Assembly (NCBI GenBank): GCA_044892505.1
Contig: CM097884.1
Location: 125,736,001-125,800,000 of the forward strand
Length of the DNA: 64,000 nt
Direction: 5' to 3'
DNA from: Schmidtea nova
Taxonomy: Eukaryota
The notes beneath the pieces are model-generated. The model had not been told where the DNA came from. It worked only from the letters and a program-made list of their open reading frames with translations, and searched no databases. The translations under genes were made by a program, and so were the position numbers. Numbering within the stretch: the stretch's first letter is position 1; every line of letters begins with the position of its first letter. Of this stretch, positions 24,246 to 38,450 are shown one piece after another.

Positions 24246-24908
24246 GGTGGCCCTTAGCACATAGCAAAAAAATGGAAGTCATAATTTCAACTCTGGCACC
24301 AATCCAATCTGTGCCAAATATAAAAATAATGAATTGTGCAAAACATCATTACGATTGGACAATATTTAGAGGTGGCCCTCGAGTGTTTAAGTTTTGTAAG
24401 TACCACTATTTGAAGCTTGCAATGTTAAATTGCCACAGTTTTCTTGTTTAGTTCACATTTATTCCACACACAGTCACACACAACAGCTTGTAAAAGTTCA
24501 GTTTACTGTAATATCACTTATTCAGAAATAACTCAAACTGCAAAGTGCAAATTTTAAGAATTATGTCTCTGCCAGACTGCCAACTGTTCATCCATATTAC
24601 TGTTATATTGCAGTGTCCAATTGTTTACCAGTACTAGTACGATTCGCTAGGATTCGTTTGGGTCAGTCAAGGAACTGTGCAGATTTTTTGTGCATAATTT
24701 TATTTCTGTAAGTGGAATACATTGGAGAGGTGCCAGAAGATGATTTCAAACTTTAANNNNNNNNNNNNNNNNNNNNNNNNNNNNNNNNNNNNNNNNNNNN
24801 NNNNNNNNNNNNNNNNNNNNNNNNNNNNNNNNNNNNNNNNNNNNNNNNNNNNNNNNNNNNNNNNNNNNNNNNNNNNNNNNNNNNNNNNNNNNNNNNNNNN
24901 NNNNNTTA

Positions 24909-25094
24909 TGTTATGAAAATGGGTTTATGGATATATATATGTTATGTATGTAATTGTTTAGATATTTGTTTATACCCTGATCCACTGCGATAGAAGAGTG
25001 TAAGGGCCCGAGAGAGTCTGGCGTTAGTAGTGTACCGACACTCGGGGTGAATGTTTTGTAGTGTTCGAGTGTATACAATAAAAACAAAACAACA
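24909..25094 (+). mobile_element. Possible solo LTR
   Basis: TGTTATG...ACAACA, locally GC-rich, AATAAA near the end. The TSD is not verifiable because of the adjacent gap. Confidence 0.35.
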
Positions 25095-26899
25095 AAATAA
25101 TGAAATTAAATTAATATCACAATATAAAGTTCTTAATAACTCAACTATACAAAATTACTTTAACTTTTTGGAGGGATATCAAATGTCTTTTGTTTATTGA
25201 AGTACTTGGAGGAAATGGCAATCCTCTAACTCAGATTTAATGTCTTTTATTTGCTAAAGTATTTGGAGGAAATGGATTTTGACAAACTTCTAACTCTAAT
25301 CTTTGGATATCTCTCGGATATTTCTGTATCTGTAATCTTAGAACTTTTTAATTTTTCTATTTCTTTAGGCTATTAACCACTTGTTTGGAAAATCAATTTT
25401 CTTTATTTTCTTTATTATCTTTTCTTCAAATACTCAACAATTCAGTTTAACTTCAAAATTGTAATTGTTTAATATTTCCTAAATTAGATTTTCCACGTTA
25501 CTCGGCTTATTCGCGTTGAGAGATTGAATTTGGGATTTTGTAGATAATTTTTAGTAGTTTCAATATTATATTTTTTTAATCAATTTTTCAAATTCTGAAT
25601 TTAGCTTACTATAGTTTCCTATAGTAAGCTATTTGAATTTGATAATTCAAATTTAACTTAAATTATTTTATTATTTTTAACCTAATAATAAAAGTGAGCG
25701 TTATAAAAAAAATAATGGGGGGTCCCTGGTGACCACAAAGGCACCGTCCATAACAATGACGGCGCTTACTACAACGTACTAGAATAACATTCACTATATA
25801 TATATATATATAGTATTTAATTTTCTATAGTTATTTATTTATTCATGGATATAGATTTTATTTTAAATTTTTAAATTTTGTTTTTCATAATTATTATTAC
25901 AAGTATAATATTAATATATATTAATATAATATTTACAAGTATAATATTAACAATAAAAATAACAATACACACAAGCACCACACATACGTGGACACAAATA
26001 ATTTACAACAAAAGGGGTCACTACCTGCCCAAAACACAATGTATCATAAAATATGACATTTACACCTACCTTAGAAAAGGTGCCGATTATTTGCAATTTT
26101 ACTTTATTAATATCAATAATTCCCATAATGGTAAGACTATAGATCAAATAAACACTTGATAAAGGCTGTGCCGAAATATTGTGTACGTATTTAAAAAAAC
26201 TTTGATCTATAGTCATCATTATGGGAATTATTGATATTAATAATAAAAAAAGATCAAAGGTGAAACAAAAAGATAATTATGATAATTTTTACTTTCTTTA
26301 ATTAGTGAAATAATTCTTTACCTTAACTTATTTTGAACCAAATCACATCAGTTTGACGATCCTTCGACAACGTTTTCTTTGAGGCTTTCTTGTATATCGT
26401 TTAGAAAATAATAATGATTAATTGTTTTTTTGTTCTTTCCTCATGGTTATCTTTCCTACTTACTGCTATTGATCAAATTGCCATGATGATTATTCCCAGA
26501 TGTTTACCAAACTCGGGATTTCTTTAATTAATTAATTTATTAGTGGTTTTATGTTTTAGCATATATTTGGTTTTTCGTGTTCTTCTGTGCTTTTTTAAAG
26601 GAAACCATTCACGTTACACTGTTCCCTGTTATCAATTCCATTCCTGGATCTATTTTTGATCATTAATAATTTATCAATTTTCGAATGTTTGATCTTTGCA
26701 TACAGTCTCATGCACTTTTCATGAATTTATGCGTGCTAAATTATTTATTAATAATGATTTTGTTCCGGGTCAGCTTTACAGTTTCCATTTCAAAATATTT
26801 CTCTTGTAATCAACTTATTTATTTTATGACATTACAAAAATATTATCCCCTTTAATGTTTATACTGACTAAAGTCGACTTGAACTTTTGAAAATTCTAC

Positions 26900-27503
26900 A
26901 GTAGACCCAAATAAAATCGTTTAAATGATATTGTAGTTACAGTGCACCGCTAAGCCGATTATTCTCGTCCAAAATGTTAAGATATCGTTACCATGTATGT
27001 ACCTGGTTGAAATAGTATCTTTTTTATGATACAACACACAAAATAACACTGCAAATGTCTTGCATTTCGAGAGGCCTACAAAAAAGCAAATGTCTCAGAC
27101 CTTTTGGTTTTCGACTCGCCTCACACAAAAAATAATTTATAGATAATTTTTATATTTCTTTTTGATATTATGCGAAGAACCTTTTCAAAATTATGATTAC
27201 TTCGATCACCCATATTTTGGTTTTCTATTTCTGTATTACTTTCCAATCTTGGTTTTCGAATAAAACTATTGGAGGGAATCATTGAAAACCCCCACAATGG
27301 GAGTGAAGCTAGTATGGGAGAAGCAGACCCTCATTAGACAAAACCAACCCATTGCGTATGACAGGATGACACTTCCCCAAATTCATTCTGTCAAATCCGG
27401 GTAAAAGAAACCCGATACGGCGATGCAAAAAGACGAGCTACATTTGTGAAGAATGCAATGTTGCGCTCTTTTCGGCTTTTGTTTTGAAAAATATCATGTC
27501 ATA
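26900..27503 (+). pseudogene. piggyBac transposase C-terminal remnant
   Basis: FRIKLLEGII...PLRMTG*HFPKFI...NPIRRC...CEECNVAL...CFEKYHV* matches the piggyBac Cys-rich C-terminus. Confidence 0.6.
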
Positions 27504-27710
27504 AAAAGACTTTAGAATAGTATTAGGAGAGACATGTTGAAGACAATGTCACGGACAATGATTAAAGACTAAATAATTTGTTGAAATTTATTTCCCAAAA
27601 AAAGGTTTGCTTAAAGACTTTTAATAAGCAGTAAAGATGTTAAAACAATTTCATAAATTTCATGTCAAAGAATGAATATTTTTCTCAACGTTAATATTCA
27701 AATTTTCTAG

Positions 27711-29051
27711 TTAATAATCGTCCAAAAGTGCATTTCAATAAAACAATTGGAAAAATGTCAGATTTCCCCGAGAAATTATTTTGCATGAATGAACGACCAG
27801 AAACGACTGAAATAGAGATTGGTAACATTAATGGGAAATCAATTCCACAGGTAAGGAGCACCATTTTATAAATGTTAATTAATGAACACTTCAGGAATGG
27901 ATTGTAAAAAGCAAAAATTCGGTCACCATTATGTTTCCAATAGAGCAAAGTTCTATTTCGGAATATCTTGGAACCTATTACTGTTTCGCAAGGAATAAAT
28001 ACGGAACCGATAACACGACACTGAAAGTCAAAAGTTTTGAATCTCTCAGTATAAATGTCAACTCAACCATCAACAAGATCGACAAAAATCCAGGAAGAGC
28101 TGATTTACTTTCCACTCTTGTAAGAAGTAACCGAAAATTACAAGTGAGCGTCATTGAATTTTAAAGGTTTACCTATCAACTGACACTGATTAGTTGGATT
28201 GTTATGCAACAGGAGAACCAAACGTTCAAATCCAGTGGTATATTTTCACGGAAAAGTACGTTCCAGATGTACCAATACCGGCGAGAAAAATACCCCTAAA
28301 TCCCAATGAAAAATCTCAGAATGTAATTGAAAGAATCACAAACAAACATTATCGCCTGACTCGGGATTATTACTCGCAAGATACTGTCGATTCTTTTCAA
28401 TGCGAGGCGACCTTGAAAGGCAAAACAGTGAGGAAGAACATTAAAATCCAAGGTAAATTCCATTATTTAAACACGCTTCTTCATTGGTTTGGGTAATAGA
28501 AATTAAAGACATTTTCAAAGTAAACTATGAAACTGACAAAGGAAATTCTTTACGTCAACAAGTTTTTGTTGACAAACCATTTCAAGCCTGGTGCAAAATG
28601 GAGAATGACAAGAAGGAGCCTGTTCCGATCAAGAAAGTTGAATGGATATTTAAAGAATCTAATGGCGGTTTGATTCCTCTTCTGAAATTTGCCCAGGTCG
28701 TACGTCCTACAGAAAATAAATTATATTTGTTGAACATTAGCCTAACATTTGGAACTTATGTTCGCAGTCAATGTATTGCCTATTATAATGACTCATATGA
28801 TGTCATTAGTGCTGAGGTTTCTTTGAATTTACAAGGTTTTTTCTCATGATTTTTACTTCATTAACATTTTTAAAATTCCCTTTGTAGAATCACCGAAGAT
28901 CTATTCAATTTATTTCAAACAAAACTCTCCTCAAAAGAAATTGCATATACCAGCGCCTTATAATTTAACGTACGATGCTTTGAAGAAAACTCAAATCGAG
29001 TGTATCGCTAATACTAGCACAAATGCAGTATCAAAAATTACTTGGTTGAAG
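27711..29051 (+). CDS. Host multi-Ig gene, exon cluster 27711-27850, 27895-28143, 28194-28452, 28500-28835, 28888-29051 (Ig domains 5-8)
   Basis: All GT-AG introns of 44-52 bp that preserve the frame. Motifs GTYYCFARNKYG, LDCYATGEPNVQIQWY, FQCEATL, WCKME..VEWIF, SQCIAYY, IECIAN..ITWLK. Confidence 0.88.
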
Positions 29052-30240
29052 GTAAGAATGGATAGCTTTCTATATATTCCACACCAGCGGTTTTCAATAT
29101 CCATAGCGCTGTGATCCCTTGATAACATTTGCCTAGTTGAGGTAACTGAAGTATGCACTAAACCTTGGGCCTTGGGATTGTTCATCACGATTCATATTAA
29201 TCTCTTCATTAAGATTGCCTTCCGGAACTTTTCCTATTTAGCGCGTCTTTATCAGCAAACAACTTACAATCTCCCAATGGCTTGTCTAGTTAAATCTTGT
29301 AAATTTAGTTCATACGCTTATTTACTGTATTTATTTTAAGTTTAATTTTCTCGTGTATGAGAAATATTCGATGATAAAATAAAGCGATTGAGTTTTACAT
29401 CACTCAAATTTCGTTTCCTTCATTTTTAAAGTTTCTTCTCTAACTTCACTATTCAAATTCATTAATACTGTAGACCAATGATTCTCAATCTTGGGTAAGT
29501 GGGCAAGCAGCTACCGGTATNNNNNNNNNNNNNNNNNNNNNNNNNNNNNNNNNNNNNNNNNNNNNNNNNNNNNNNNNNNNNNNNNNNNNNNNNNNNNNNN
29601 NNNNNNNNNNNNNNNNNNNNNNNNNNNNNNNNNNNNNNNNNNNNNNNNNNNNNNNNNNNNNNNNNNNNNNNNNNNNNNNNNNNNNNNNNNNNNNNNNNNN
29701 NNNNNNNNNNNNNNNNNNNNNNNNNNNNNNNNNNNNNNNNNNNNNNNNNNNNNNNNNNNNNNNNNNNNNNNNNNNNNNNNNNNNNNNNNNNNNNNNNNNN
29801 NNNNNNNNNNNNNNNNNNNNNNNNNNNNNNNNNNNNNNNNNNNNNNNNNNNNNNCAAGCATGAAAAAATAAATTATCGTGAAACTCGTGGGAAGATGGAA
29901 AAACTCGAGCAATGAAGGGAACCTGAACCTAAATTAAATCTTTTGAATAGTTTATCAAGAGGCACTTACCGATAATTCAATCAAAAAATACTTTAAAGAG
30001 AGGGAGAATTTAGTATTCTTATAAGTTTGTAGAAGATAGTTTCTTAAGTTATTCGAAAGGTTAGCTACAGATTTTCACTTCAAATCAAATATCTCACATT
30101 GGAAGATCTACCCTTATCGCTGGAAAGTACAGACTGGGTAACAAGTGTTAACGACTTTGTAATTGTGTATTGAAATTAAATAAAAGATTTTGTGTTGCGT
30201 GGCACGAGGAGTTTTTTTACCGACTTAACTATAAAACCCA

Positions 30241-30282
<42 letters not shown>

Positions 30283-31155
30283 TTATTTATATCCAAAGTT
30301 ACTTGCTTTTATTACAAATATTCCCCATTTAAAACTTTTTGGTCTACCGATATGTCTTCAAATTTTTTACTATAAAATTTTTGGAACTCCTAATGTAGAC
30401 TTAAAATGTATCGGAATACAAATTATTTGTTCAAAGATTTTTTCGTTTTGCATTGTTTTCGTTTTTCATTGTTTTTCTGATCCCAATTAATCACTCAAAC
30501 GAATGTATTTGTGCATTATTAAATACAGTATAAAATAATTGTCAAATTTGTACATTTTAAAGGCAATAATAATTTGTGTTAAAAGACCCAATAATTAAAT
30601 TAAAAATTAAACATTATAAAAACAAAGATTTTGTTAATTTTATCTTTTAATTAATAAAAATTTTGTTTGAAAAAAACCATAAATAATTAATTGGCATACA
30701 ATCAAATTTTATTGAGAATTTATATTAAATATTTAACATTAAAAGATAAAATTAACATAATCAAATTAGTAAAATAATAATTATCTTTTTGTTTCACCTT
30801 TGATCTCTTTTAATTTATATCAATAATTTCCATAATTGTATGACTATAGATTAAAGTTTTTTTGGTTTTTAAATACACAATATTTCGGCACAGCCTTTGT
30901 CAAGTTTGTATTTTTAAATACTCACAATCATTTCAACCTATTCTTTTGGCATGTGACAATGCTTTTCTCCTTCAACACCCAAATATTTGTACTTGGAACA
31001 AATTTGACTTCCTAATTTTACGTTTTTTTATCGCTAACCATTTATACTGCATTTTAAAATGTGATACTTGCTTCTCATTCCAACAATCAGGCAAACCATT
31101 TCCTTTTTCTTTTCCAACTGATTGAATGTCCACTAAATTAATCTTTTTGTTTTGA

Positions 31156-31237
<82 letters not shown>

Positions 31238-32016
31238 TATATATATACATTATTTCACTATAATCATTAATCTTTTATGCAATGTCAATTGTAAATGTAA
31301 TCAGTTTATAAACAATCAATATAAACATTAAAATGATAATGAAAGGACGTTGCTACATAAAATTAAATTTTATAATAAATTATATAAAGAAAATCCTGAA
31401 ATAACAAGGGGCTCACAAGTTATCAAAAAATTTAGCAGAGGGCTCGAGCGAACCCCTTAATAGCTCATCACTGGTCATATACAAGCTGAATGGAGGAAGT
31501 TGAAACAATATAAACTTTAGGACGAATTTTGAATAAAGGTTGAAATATGTTAGAGTAATAAAATACAATAGTTTACAAGTCGAATTAAAGTGAAAATATT
31601 GAAATGGAAGCTGTAAAACTGAGCAGAAAGAAACATGTATCAATAAACAGTGTAATGGGCTTAAGTCCATATGAAGATCATATGAGATGAAGCGCAAAAT
31701 ATGAAAAATTGATAAATTATTATTAATCAGATTTTGATTTTAAGAGTCAAGAATAGAGTAAATAAAGCGGAGTTATATGACGTAAAAATCAGACTATCGG
31801 TTATTATTTGTTATGGTTGAAATATTGCAATTGTAAAATTTTCTAATTAATATCCTTTGGGAATTGTTATCTATTTATAAAATAACACAATGAGTCAGAA
31901 AAACCGATTGCTTTTTATTTATTTAATAACAACTCAACAAATAGAACGCTCGTTATTTATTAAAGTTTACTAATAAATGTTTTAATTAACCTGTTATTTA
32001 TTTTGCATAATATTAG

Positions 32017-32191
32017 TGCACGGACAAGGACTGCAAGACTATGCCTGAAACCAGTCCGACACCATTCTTGTCATTCCCTATCAGCACTACAAAATATTTA
32101 GATGTTGGTCAGTACAGATGTCTGGTAAAATTGCAAATAGATTTCAAGGAAGTCCTTAATCAGACCGTCTCACTTTATGTCGATAGATTCG
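32017..32191 (+). CDS. Host multi-Ig gene exon (second half of Ig domain 8)
   Basis: Phase-0 acceptor matches the 29051 donor. CTDKD...TKYLDVGQYRCLVKL...VSLYV (D-x-G-x-Y-x-C); donor GTAAG at 32192. Confidence 0.85.
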
Positions 32192-33683
32192 GTAAGTTTT
32201 TAGTTAAATAACATTTTATAAGAATTATATATTTTGTATTTCACTTTAATTTACAGTTAAAATATTAGGTATTAGATGACACTAGAACATCTTATAGATA
32301 AAATTCATTGGCGTGGTCGCCATGTTAGATGTTGTTAGAACATCTTCGGTTAATTCAAATTCTAAAGCCATCCAAAATATTTATTTAAATAAAGAAAATG
32401 TTTGTCTCTTTGAAGATATTTAAACAAATTTAAAAACGAGCATTTTTTATTTAAAATACTTAAAAATTTCATTCACAAAAAAAAAGATAAAACTATTTAA
32501 ATTAAATTAAACTATTTTAATGTAAAATTATTTTATAAAATTTACTTAAAATATTATTTTATTTAATATAAAATTTTTAATAAAACATTTAAAACTTATT
32601 TTAACTATCTCCAAATAAGTATTAAATTTTAATTTTAATGCTCGCTAATAACCATGTCTAAATATCCTCACAGTCTTAATTCAAAAAATTTATGGATGAG
32701 GGACAACTCGCTTGGAAAGTAAAAATTAAAAAAAATATTAATATGTTTGAATTTAATTCTTACAGCGTAATATTAAAAGTTTGTTATGTTTTTAAATTCT
32801 TAATAAAATATTTTTAAAATTCAATACTGATTATGACGTAATATTTTAAATATCCTCACAAAATGTCTTCAAACTATAGTTTGATAACATAAAAATACAT
32901 AGAAAATCATCAAAAAACACACAAAATATCAAAAATACATCAAAATTATACATGAAATATCTACATAATATTTGTCATTGAAAGTGTATTAGTAAATGTA
33001 AGACGTTTTCACAATTTGTGCCTGTTACTGTATAAAATTAATCGAAGCTCATAAAGGATTATGCTAATAATTGTTATTGTAGTATATGTGTGATTAATAA
33101 GCTTTGGCAGAAAAAAATCGTCACAAAAGAGGTTTTGATACTAGGGTTTTGCTAGCAATGTTCTGCTACTGAATAAAATTGATGAAAATGTAACAATAAT
33201 GAATTATGAGTGAAAATAAATCTTTCAAATATTACAGTAAATTCTACTTTAAAATGTGGAAAACCAATAGATATTTTAAAAACAATAGAGAAAACAATTG
33301 ATGATGAATGAAGTTGAATTTTAACAGTAATAAATGATCGAGTAATGAGCTTTAGAAGATAAAAACCATCAAAAAAGAGGCTCCGCTATTAAAAAAAATT
33401 GATAAATATTTTGGTGAACCCTTTATTCCAGGCGAGTTGTCCTATTTTTTCTCCCTATGGTTAAAATATTAAGTATTAGATGTCACTAGAACATATTATA
33501 GATAAAATTCATTGGATGTCTTTATTCAAACAAATTATTATTCCAAATATTTATTAATATCACTATATCGTTGAATTTTTAAACAAACTTTTGTAACGAA
33601 TTTTCAGCTTTGAACCAAATATATTTTTAAATTAAATTTGCAAAAGAATTTAGTAGTTATTAATTTCCATTTAATTTTACATT

Positions 33684-34372
33684 TGTTATAAAATTCAAAA
33701 ATAAAGATTCAACTGGGGAAACTGGTATGGGAGGATGCCAAATGATGAGACGAATTCAAATATGGGTATATAAAATTAAAAAGGAGTCCCAGAAAGAAAT
33801 ATTAAGAAAATACAAATTAATTAAAATAATTAATATATGAAAACAATAATTATATGAAACCCGATTGATGAGGGAAACCCAAGGAATCAACAAATCTATT
33901 AATTAGGAAAATTAAATTGACGAATTCAAGGGTGCCCCGGGGAAAAGCCGCAAACCCGCTTATCGGAAACTCCCATTTTAATTAATCATATGAAAGATCC
34001 ATTAAGGCGCAACAGGACTGATGGATAAGGCACTATATAAACTGAGAGCAATTTGCCGACATGGCAAAAGTGTCTAAGACAAATTTTGAAATTGTAAGTC
34101 GAGCGAACTATTAGTAACGAAAGGAAACTCTTAGAGAAAACTAAAGGTAGAATTCAGATTTACTCAATCTTCTTGCGTATCAGAAACGGAGATTTCCTGT
34201 TGGGACACCTACCCTAACGTAGAAGAGTGCAGATCGAACTTGTGTTTGTATTGTTGTTTGTATTGGAATCCAATTTAAAGAATAAAGATTATTGGGTTGG
34301 GTTTTATTCATTGTTATTAAAGAAAGGACACGGGAGTCAGGTATCAACCGATTATTTTTTAATAACCCAACA
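33684..34372 (+). mobile_element. Probable solo LTR
   Basis: TGTT...AACA termini, 4-bp direct repeat CATT on both sides, internal TATATAAA and AATAAA. Confidence 0.55.
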
Positions 34373-34959
34373 CATTTAAATTTAAAAATATTTTTTTAAT
34401 TTTACTACTTTGCATTAGAAAATTACATATTTCAATTTTATCTTACAATAAGCAATGGAAATCTTTTATTAATTTTGTTTGGAATAATTTATTTTTGTTT
34501 TTAAAAAATAATGCACCGAATGATTCAGCTTGTTATGCTTGGCTTTTATGATTAATGAATAAAAACAATTATTGTTTTTTATTGTTAATATATTTAGATT
34601 AACCCTTAATGACCTGAATTAATTTTTTTTTAATTTTAAAAAATAAAAAGAACTAAAATAAACCAACCACAATTTCTCACCGAATTGCATTAGAACCTTA
34701 CAAACTGCTTATGTCGGCTCGACTGAGGTTTCATATACATGCGCAAACACTTCCCGGCACGATTCGCTTGCACAAACAAGTACAGTCTTGCAAATAAAAA
34801 GTTATTGCGCGGCATTGCCATATGGCAACGCTAGGTTAATATGGGTTAAATATAAAATACTAAAGTTCTGGCCATTCACTATATGTAACCTGCTAAGAGG
34901 AAACGTACTAAAAGTATAAATTGGAAAAATTTTATAAATTTTAAAAATTTACGCATTAG

Positions 34960-35270
34960 ACAAATTTTTCACGCGTCTTTTTGAAAAGACTCTGAATTCA
35001 CTGTAAAAAGAATGATTATAGATCTTTTCCATATCATCCCAATCGGTAACGATATCGTGTTCGGTTGTCTTATTCAAAATAAGAATATTTCTCTTCAATT
35101 GAGCTTCATAAATGACATAATTATCTTTGTCACATGCCAACTATAACACCTTGATAACGAGGTAAACCAACGATAGATGTAAACATGCCCCATAGAACAT
35201 CGTCTCCAGTAAAACCTGCTTTGTACGTGTCATGCTCATTGCCAATTACTATTTTTTCAATAATTTGATT
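34960..35270 (-). pseudogene. Actin pseudogene fragment (N-terminal about 90 residues, frameshifted)
   Basis: YKAGFTGDD....[17 protein letters not shown] / [14 protein letters not shown]....[25 protein letters not shown] aligns to the actin N-terminus. Confidence 0.85.
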
Positions 35271-35724
35271 TGAAAATAAAACTCTTGTCATCAAAGTAAT
35301 GATCAAATAATACATATTTATTTATCACTAGAAAATCTTTTCAAAAATTTCAAATCAAAAACAAAATAAAAACGTTTATTCCATTTCCAAGAACAAAAAC
35401 TATAAATCCTACTCAAATTTCATTTAAAACTTTCTCTCATACACAACAAAAACCATAAATTCATTTAAATAAACAAGAACCTAATTAAGTAATAATTAAG
35501 TTCCAAATTTTAAAAATTACAAAAACTTCAAAAGATTTTATTTTAACTCAAATCTTAATTTTTGGATTGACCACTAAGTTTGGAAATTTGTTATTAGATA
35601 TTGTTGAAATAATTTTTGTTTCCTACTTCCAAAGCAATTTCATGTCAGATATCAAAGTGAAACTTCCAGAATACCTAAGGTACCTTTCACCTGTTATGCA
35701 ATTAGTTAACAATCTTATACTAAA

Positions 35725-36080
35725 CTAGCTGGGGTACCCCGCGTTGCACGATTTAAAAAATAGTAAACAGATTCAAAAAAAAATTTATTTCAATACATCC
35801 AATTAAATAAAATAATCTAAAAAATACACTAAAATTTAATTAAAAAAAGTACATGTAATTTATATATCACTTATGATAAAGCTTGTCAATAGACTATATT
35901 TTTGGTTTTTCTTTCTGGTTCAAAAATGAAAAGAATTCTTGGCGACCCAACTCTAGGACATGCCACATATAGCTGTCCATGGGCAAAGCAAAATTTCAGC
36001 ACCCTAGGTCCAACGTTGTGGAATTCTATGAGTAACAAACATACAAACAAACGCACAAACTTTCAACTTTATATATTAGA
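35725..36080 (-). mobile_element. Non-autonomous Helitron
   Basis: On the minus strand: 5'-TC start, (TTTG)-like microsatellite near the 5' end, GC-rich subterminal hairpin, 3'-CTAG end, inserted between A and T. Confidence 0.75.
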
Positions 36081-36421
36081 TAAAGTGAAATATGAATAAA
36101 ATTATAGTGAGACTAATCACGGAGGGGATTGCCTGTAATTTATCTGTGTTTGTCTCTTCCACATTGCCGGATACCGATAAAACCATAACAACCAAATGTA
36201 AAAGGCGTTATGGAATAATAATAATAATGTTACGCTTCTGTTAGAGATATTTTTCATATGCTTATTCACAGTTATTTTATCAGAACTTCTGAATTACTTC
36301 CGGTAGCTTAATTTAATGTGTGAATTGCAATTATCATAGAATTTGTAGATTAATAGACATTTTGATAATTATTATAATTATTATAATTGACAATTGTTAT
36401 GAGATTCATATTGTATTTTAG

Positions 36422-36595
36422 CACCTCCGACACAAACTCCTATACAATCAGTCCAGGTTACTCTAACAAATAACCTTAATCTGCCTTGTTTCTCTGATTT
36501 TAACAGTCCAGAAGGTAATATCACATGGTCATTCGTACCTCGTGGCAAATCAGCAGAGGAAAGTATTCCAAAAAATGCTATTTTAAATGCATTAG
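36422..36595 (+). CDS. Host multi-Ig gene exon (first half of Ig domain 9); 3' boundary uncertain
   Basis: Phase-1 acceptor fits 32191. APPTQTPIQSVQVTLTNNLNLPCFSDFNSPEGNITWSF. Confidence 0.7.
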
Positions 36596-37105
36596 GCAGA
36601 TTATATAGTTTAGTGTAAGATAATTACTATTTGTTGTTTTATTTATACATTTTTCCACACTCGTGTTAAGGTCGATGGGGGTTGATTGTCTTAATGCACG
36701 TTTACTGACAACAATAAAACATACAAAAATAAAGCAAGTGTGTGTGGGGGACCTGGTGGAAGATATAAGTGATAAATGCTCACCAAGACCTCGGAGGCTC
36801 CTAGTTTTGTATTCCGCGTATGACTAAATGAGAAATAAAAAAGTAAATTGTAGTTTGGGGCTAATCTGATACGGTTTTGGGTTGAATTTGTTTTATCACA
36901 ATGAACAGACCAGTGAAGTACCTCACTGTTTTGTTGAACTGGAAACAAAAAGCTTTCATTTATTCAATAGTAATCAACGGCCCTTTTCGATAGACTACAA
37001 ACATAATTTTCTGTAAGATTTGTTTCATTTCCAAGCAAGAAATTTCTATTTTTTATAAAATTAGAGGTAACTAATAGAAGCTTTCTCCTTTTAAAACCTT
37101 CTAAT

Positions 37106-37817
37106 CAGTCGCATAACTATGCAGGTGCAACAGGCGCACCCGCTCAGGGTCCGATAGACACAGAGATCTGAGGGGCTCGTGAAATGGTAAATCGAAAATA
37201 ATTAATCGAAAATAAAAATTCAGATCTCGGGGAAATTTACACTCTAGGCGAGCCGAAAATTCTTCTAGTGCTGCAGATTTTGCATTAAGTATAATAAAAA
37301 TTTGAATATGTACGAGTTCACCTGTGAGATTCAAAGCTTTAAATTTTGAAGCATCGACGCTCATACATAACATTAAAACTGTAACTCCACTTGAAATTTC
37401 GCAGGAACTTCATGGCTTTGGCTTAATTGAGTCTTATCCAAACATTTGTGTTGCTCTACGAATATTTCTCACTGTTCCAGTTTCTACTACATCGTGTGAA
37501 AGAAGTTTTAGCAAGCTGAAATTAATCAAGAATTATTTAAGATCCACTATAGGACACTTTATATCCAATCTTTCAATAATATCTGTTGAATATAAGATTG
37601 TAAAAAATATTAGTTATGACGATGTTATAAACGAATTCGCGGAAATGAAAGCCAGAAAAGTGCAATTCAAATAAAAACATTTATAAGAAATATAATATAT
37701 AAATATTTCTTTACATTTGAAGTACTATGTTCATTTCTTTTGATTAATTTTCCAAAATAAATCAGAATTAGGTTAGGGCCCAAAAATGAAATCTTGCACA
37801 GGGCACTAGAAAAGCTA
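37106..37817 (+). mobile_element. Internally deleted hAT transposon retaining the C-terminal dimerisation domain
   Basis: YPNICVALRIFLTVPVSTTSCERSFSKLKLIKNYLRSTI...FAEMKARK; near 8-bp flanking repeat (C/G)TTCTAAT. Confidence 0.75.
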
Positions 37818-38179
37818 GTTCTAATAGGCACAAAACCACACTGCTTATATACTAAATCCGAAAATAATAACATACAATTTCAATATTCGGTCACAATCTC
37901 TGTTCATTTACAAGTTGACATATTCAGTCATTTGTATTAAACATTTTGAGACAACTAATTTATTTTATTTTAAAGACTATAGATCAAACTATTTTTATAA
38001 AAGTACATGAATTTTCGGCGCAGACTTTTTAAAGTATGTAATTTACTTGATATTCCGCAAATATACCCACGAAAGGTAAATCATTCTGTTAACTTTAAAT
38101 AAACTCCTGAAACTTGCACAAGTGAAATAGTCGGCAGCGAAGATCTTAATAAGACAATGTAATCTGACTCAACACCTTT

Positions 38180-38450
38180 TTTCAAAAAAAATGCTTTATT
38201 AATCTACATGAGATGAATGAAATATAACATGAAAGAGGAGAAAAACAGAATCTGATAATGAATTCATGACCAAAGCCTTTATGCAACTTGACAATTATTT
38301 GACCATTATAGAAAAGTGTGATCCCAATGAAAAGCATATATTTCATGTACAAAAAATAAGGGTGAAAGACACAGCGTGTTACAAGACTCTTTGTCGAGAA
38401 AGAAGCGAAGAGTACAATTCTACTATCTCTTGATAAATGATAATTATCAA
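38180..38450 (+). pseudogene. pogo/Tigger transposase C-terminal remnant
   Basis: Broken translation ...KCDPNEK...TACYKTL.REKKRRVQ...SLDK. Confidence 0.45.

Noticed and set aside
3288-30905. Recurring 35-bp palindromic motif as a CRISPR repeat
   Set aside because: Dispersed, in both orientations, with no regular unique spacers and no cas genes, in a eukaryotic context. It is explained by Penelope terminal repeats.
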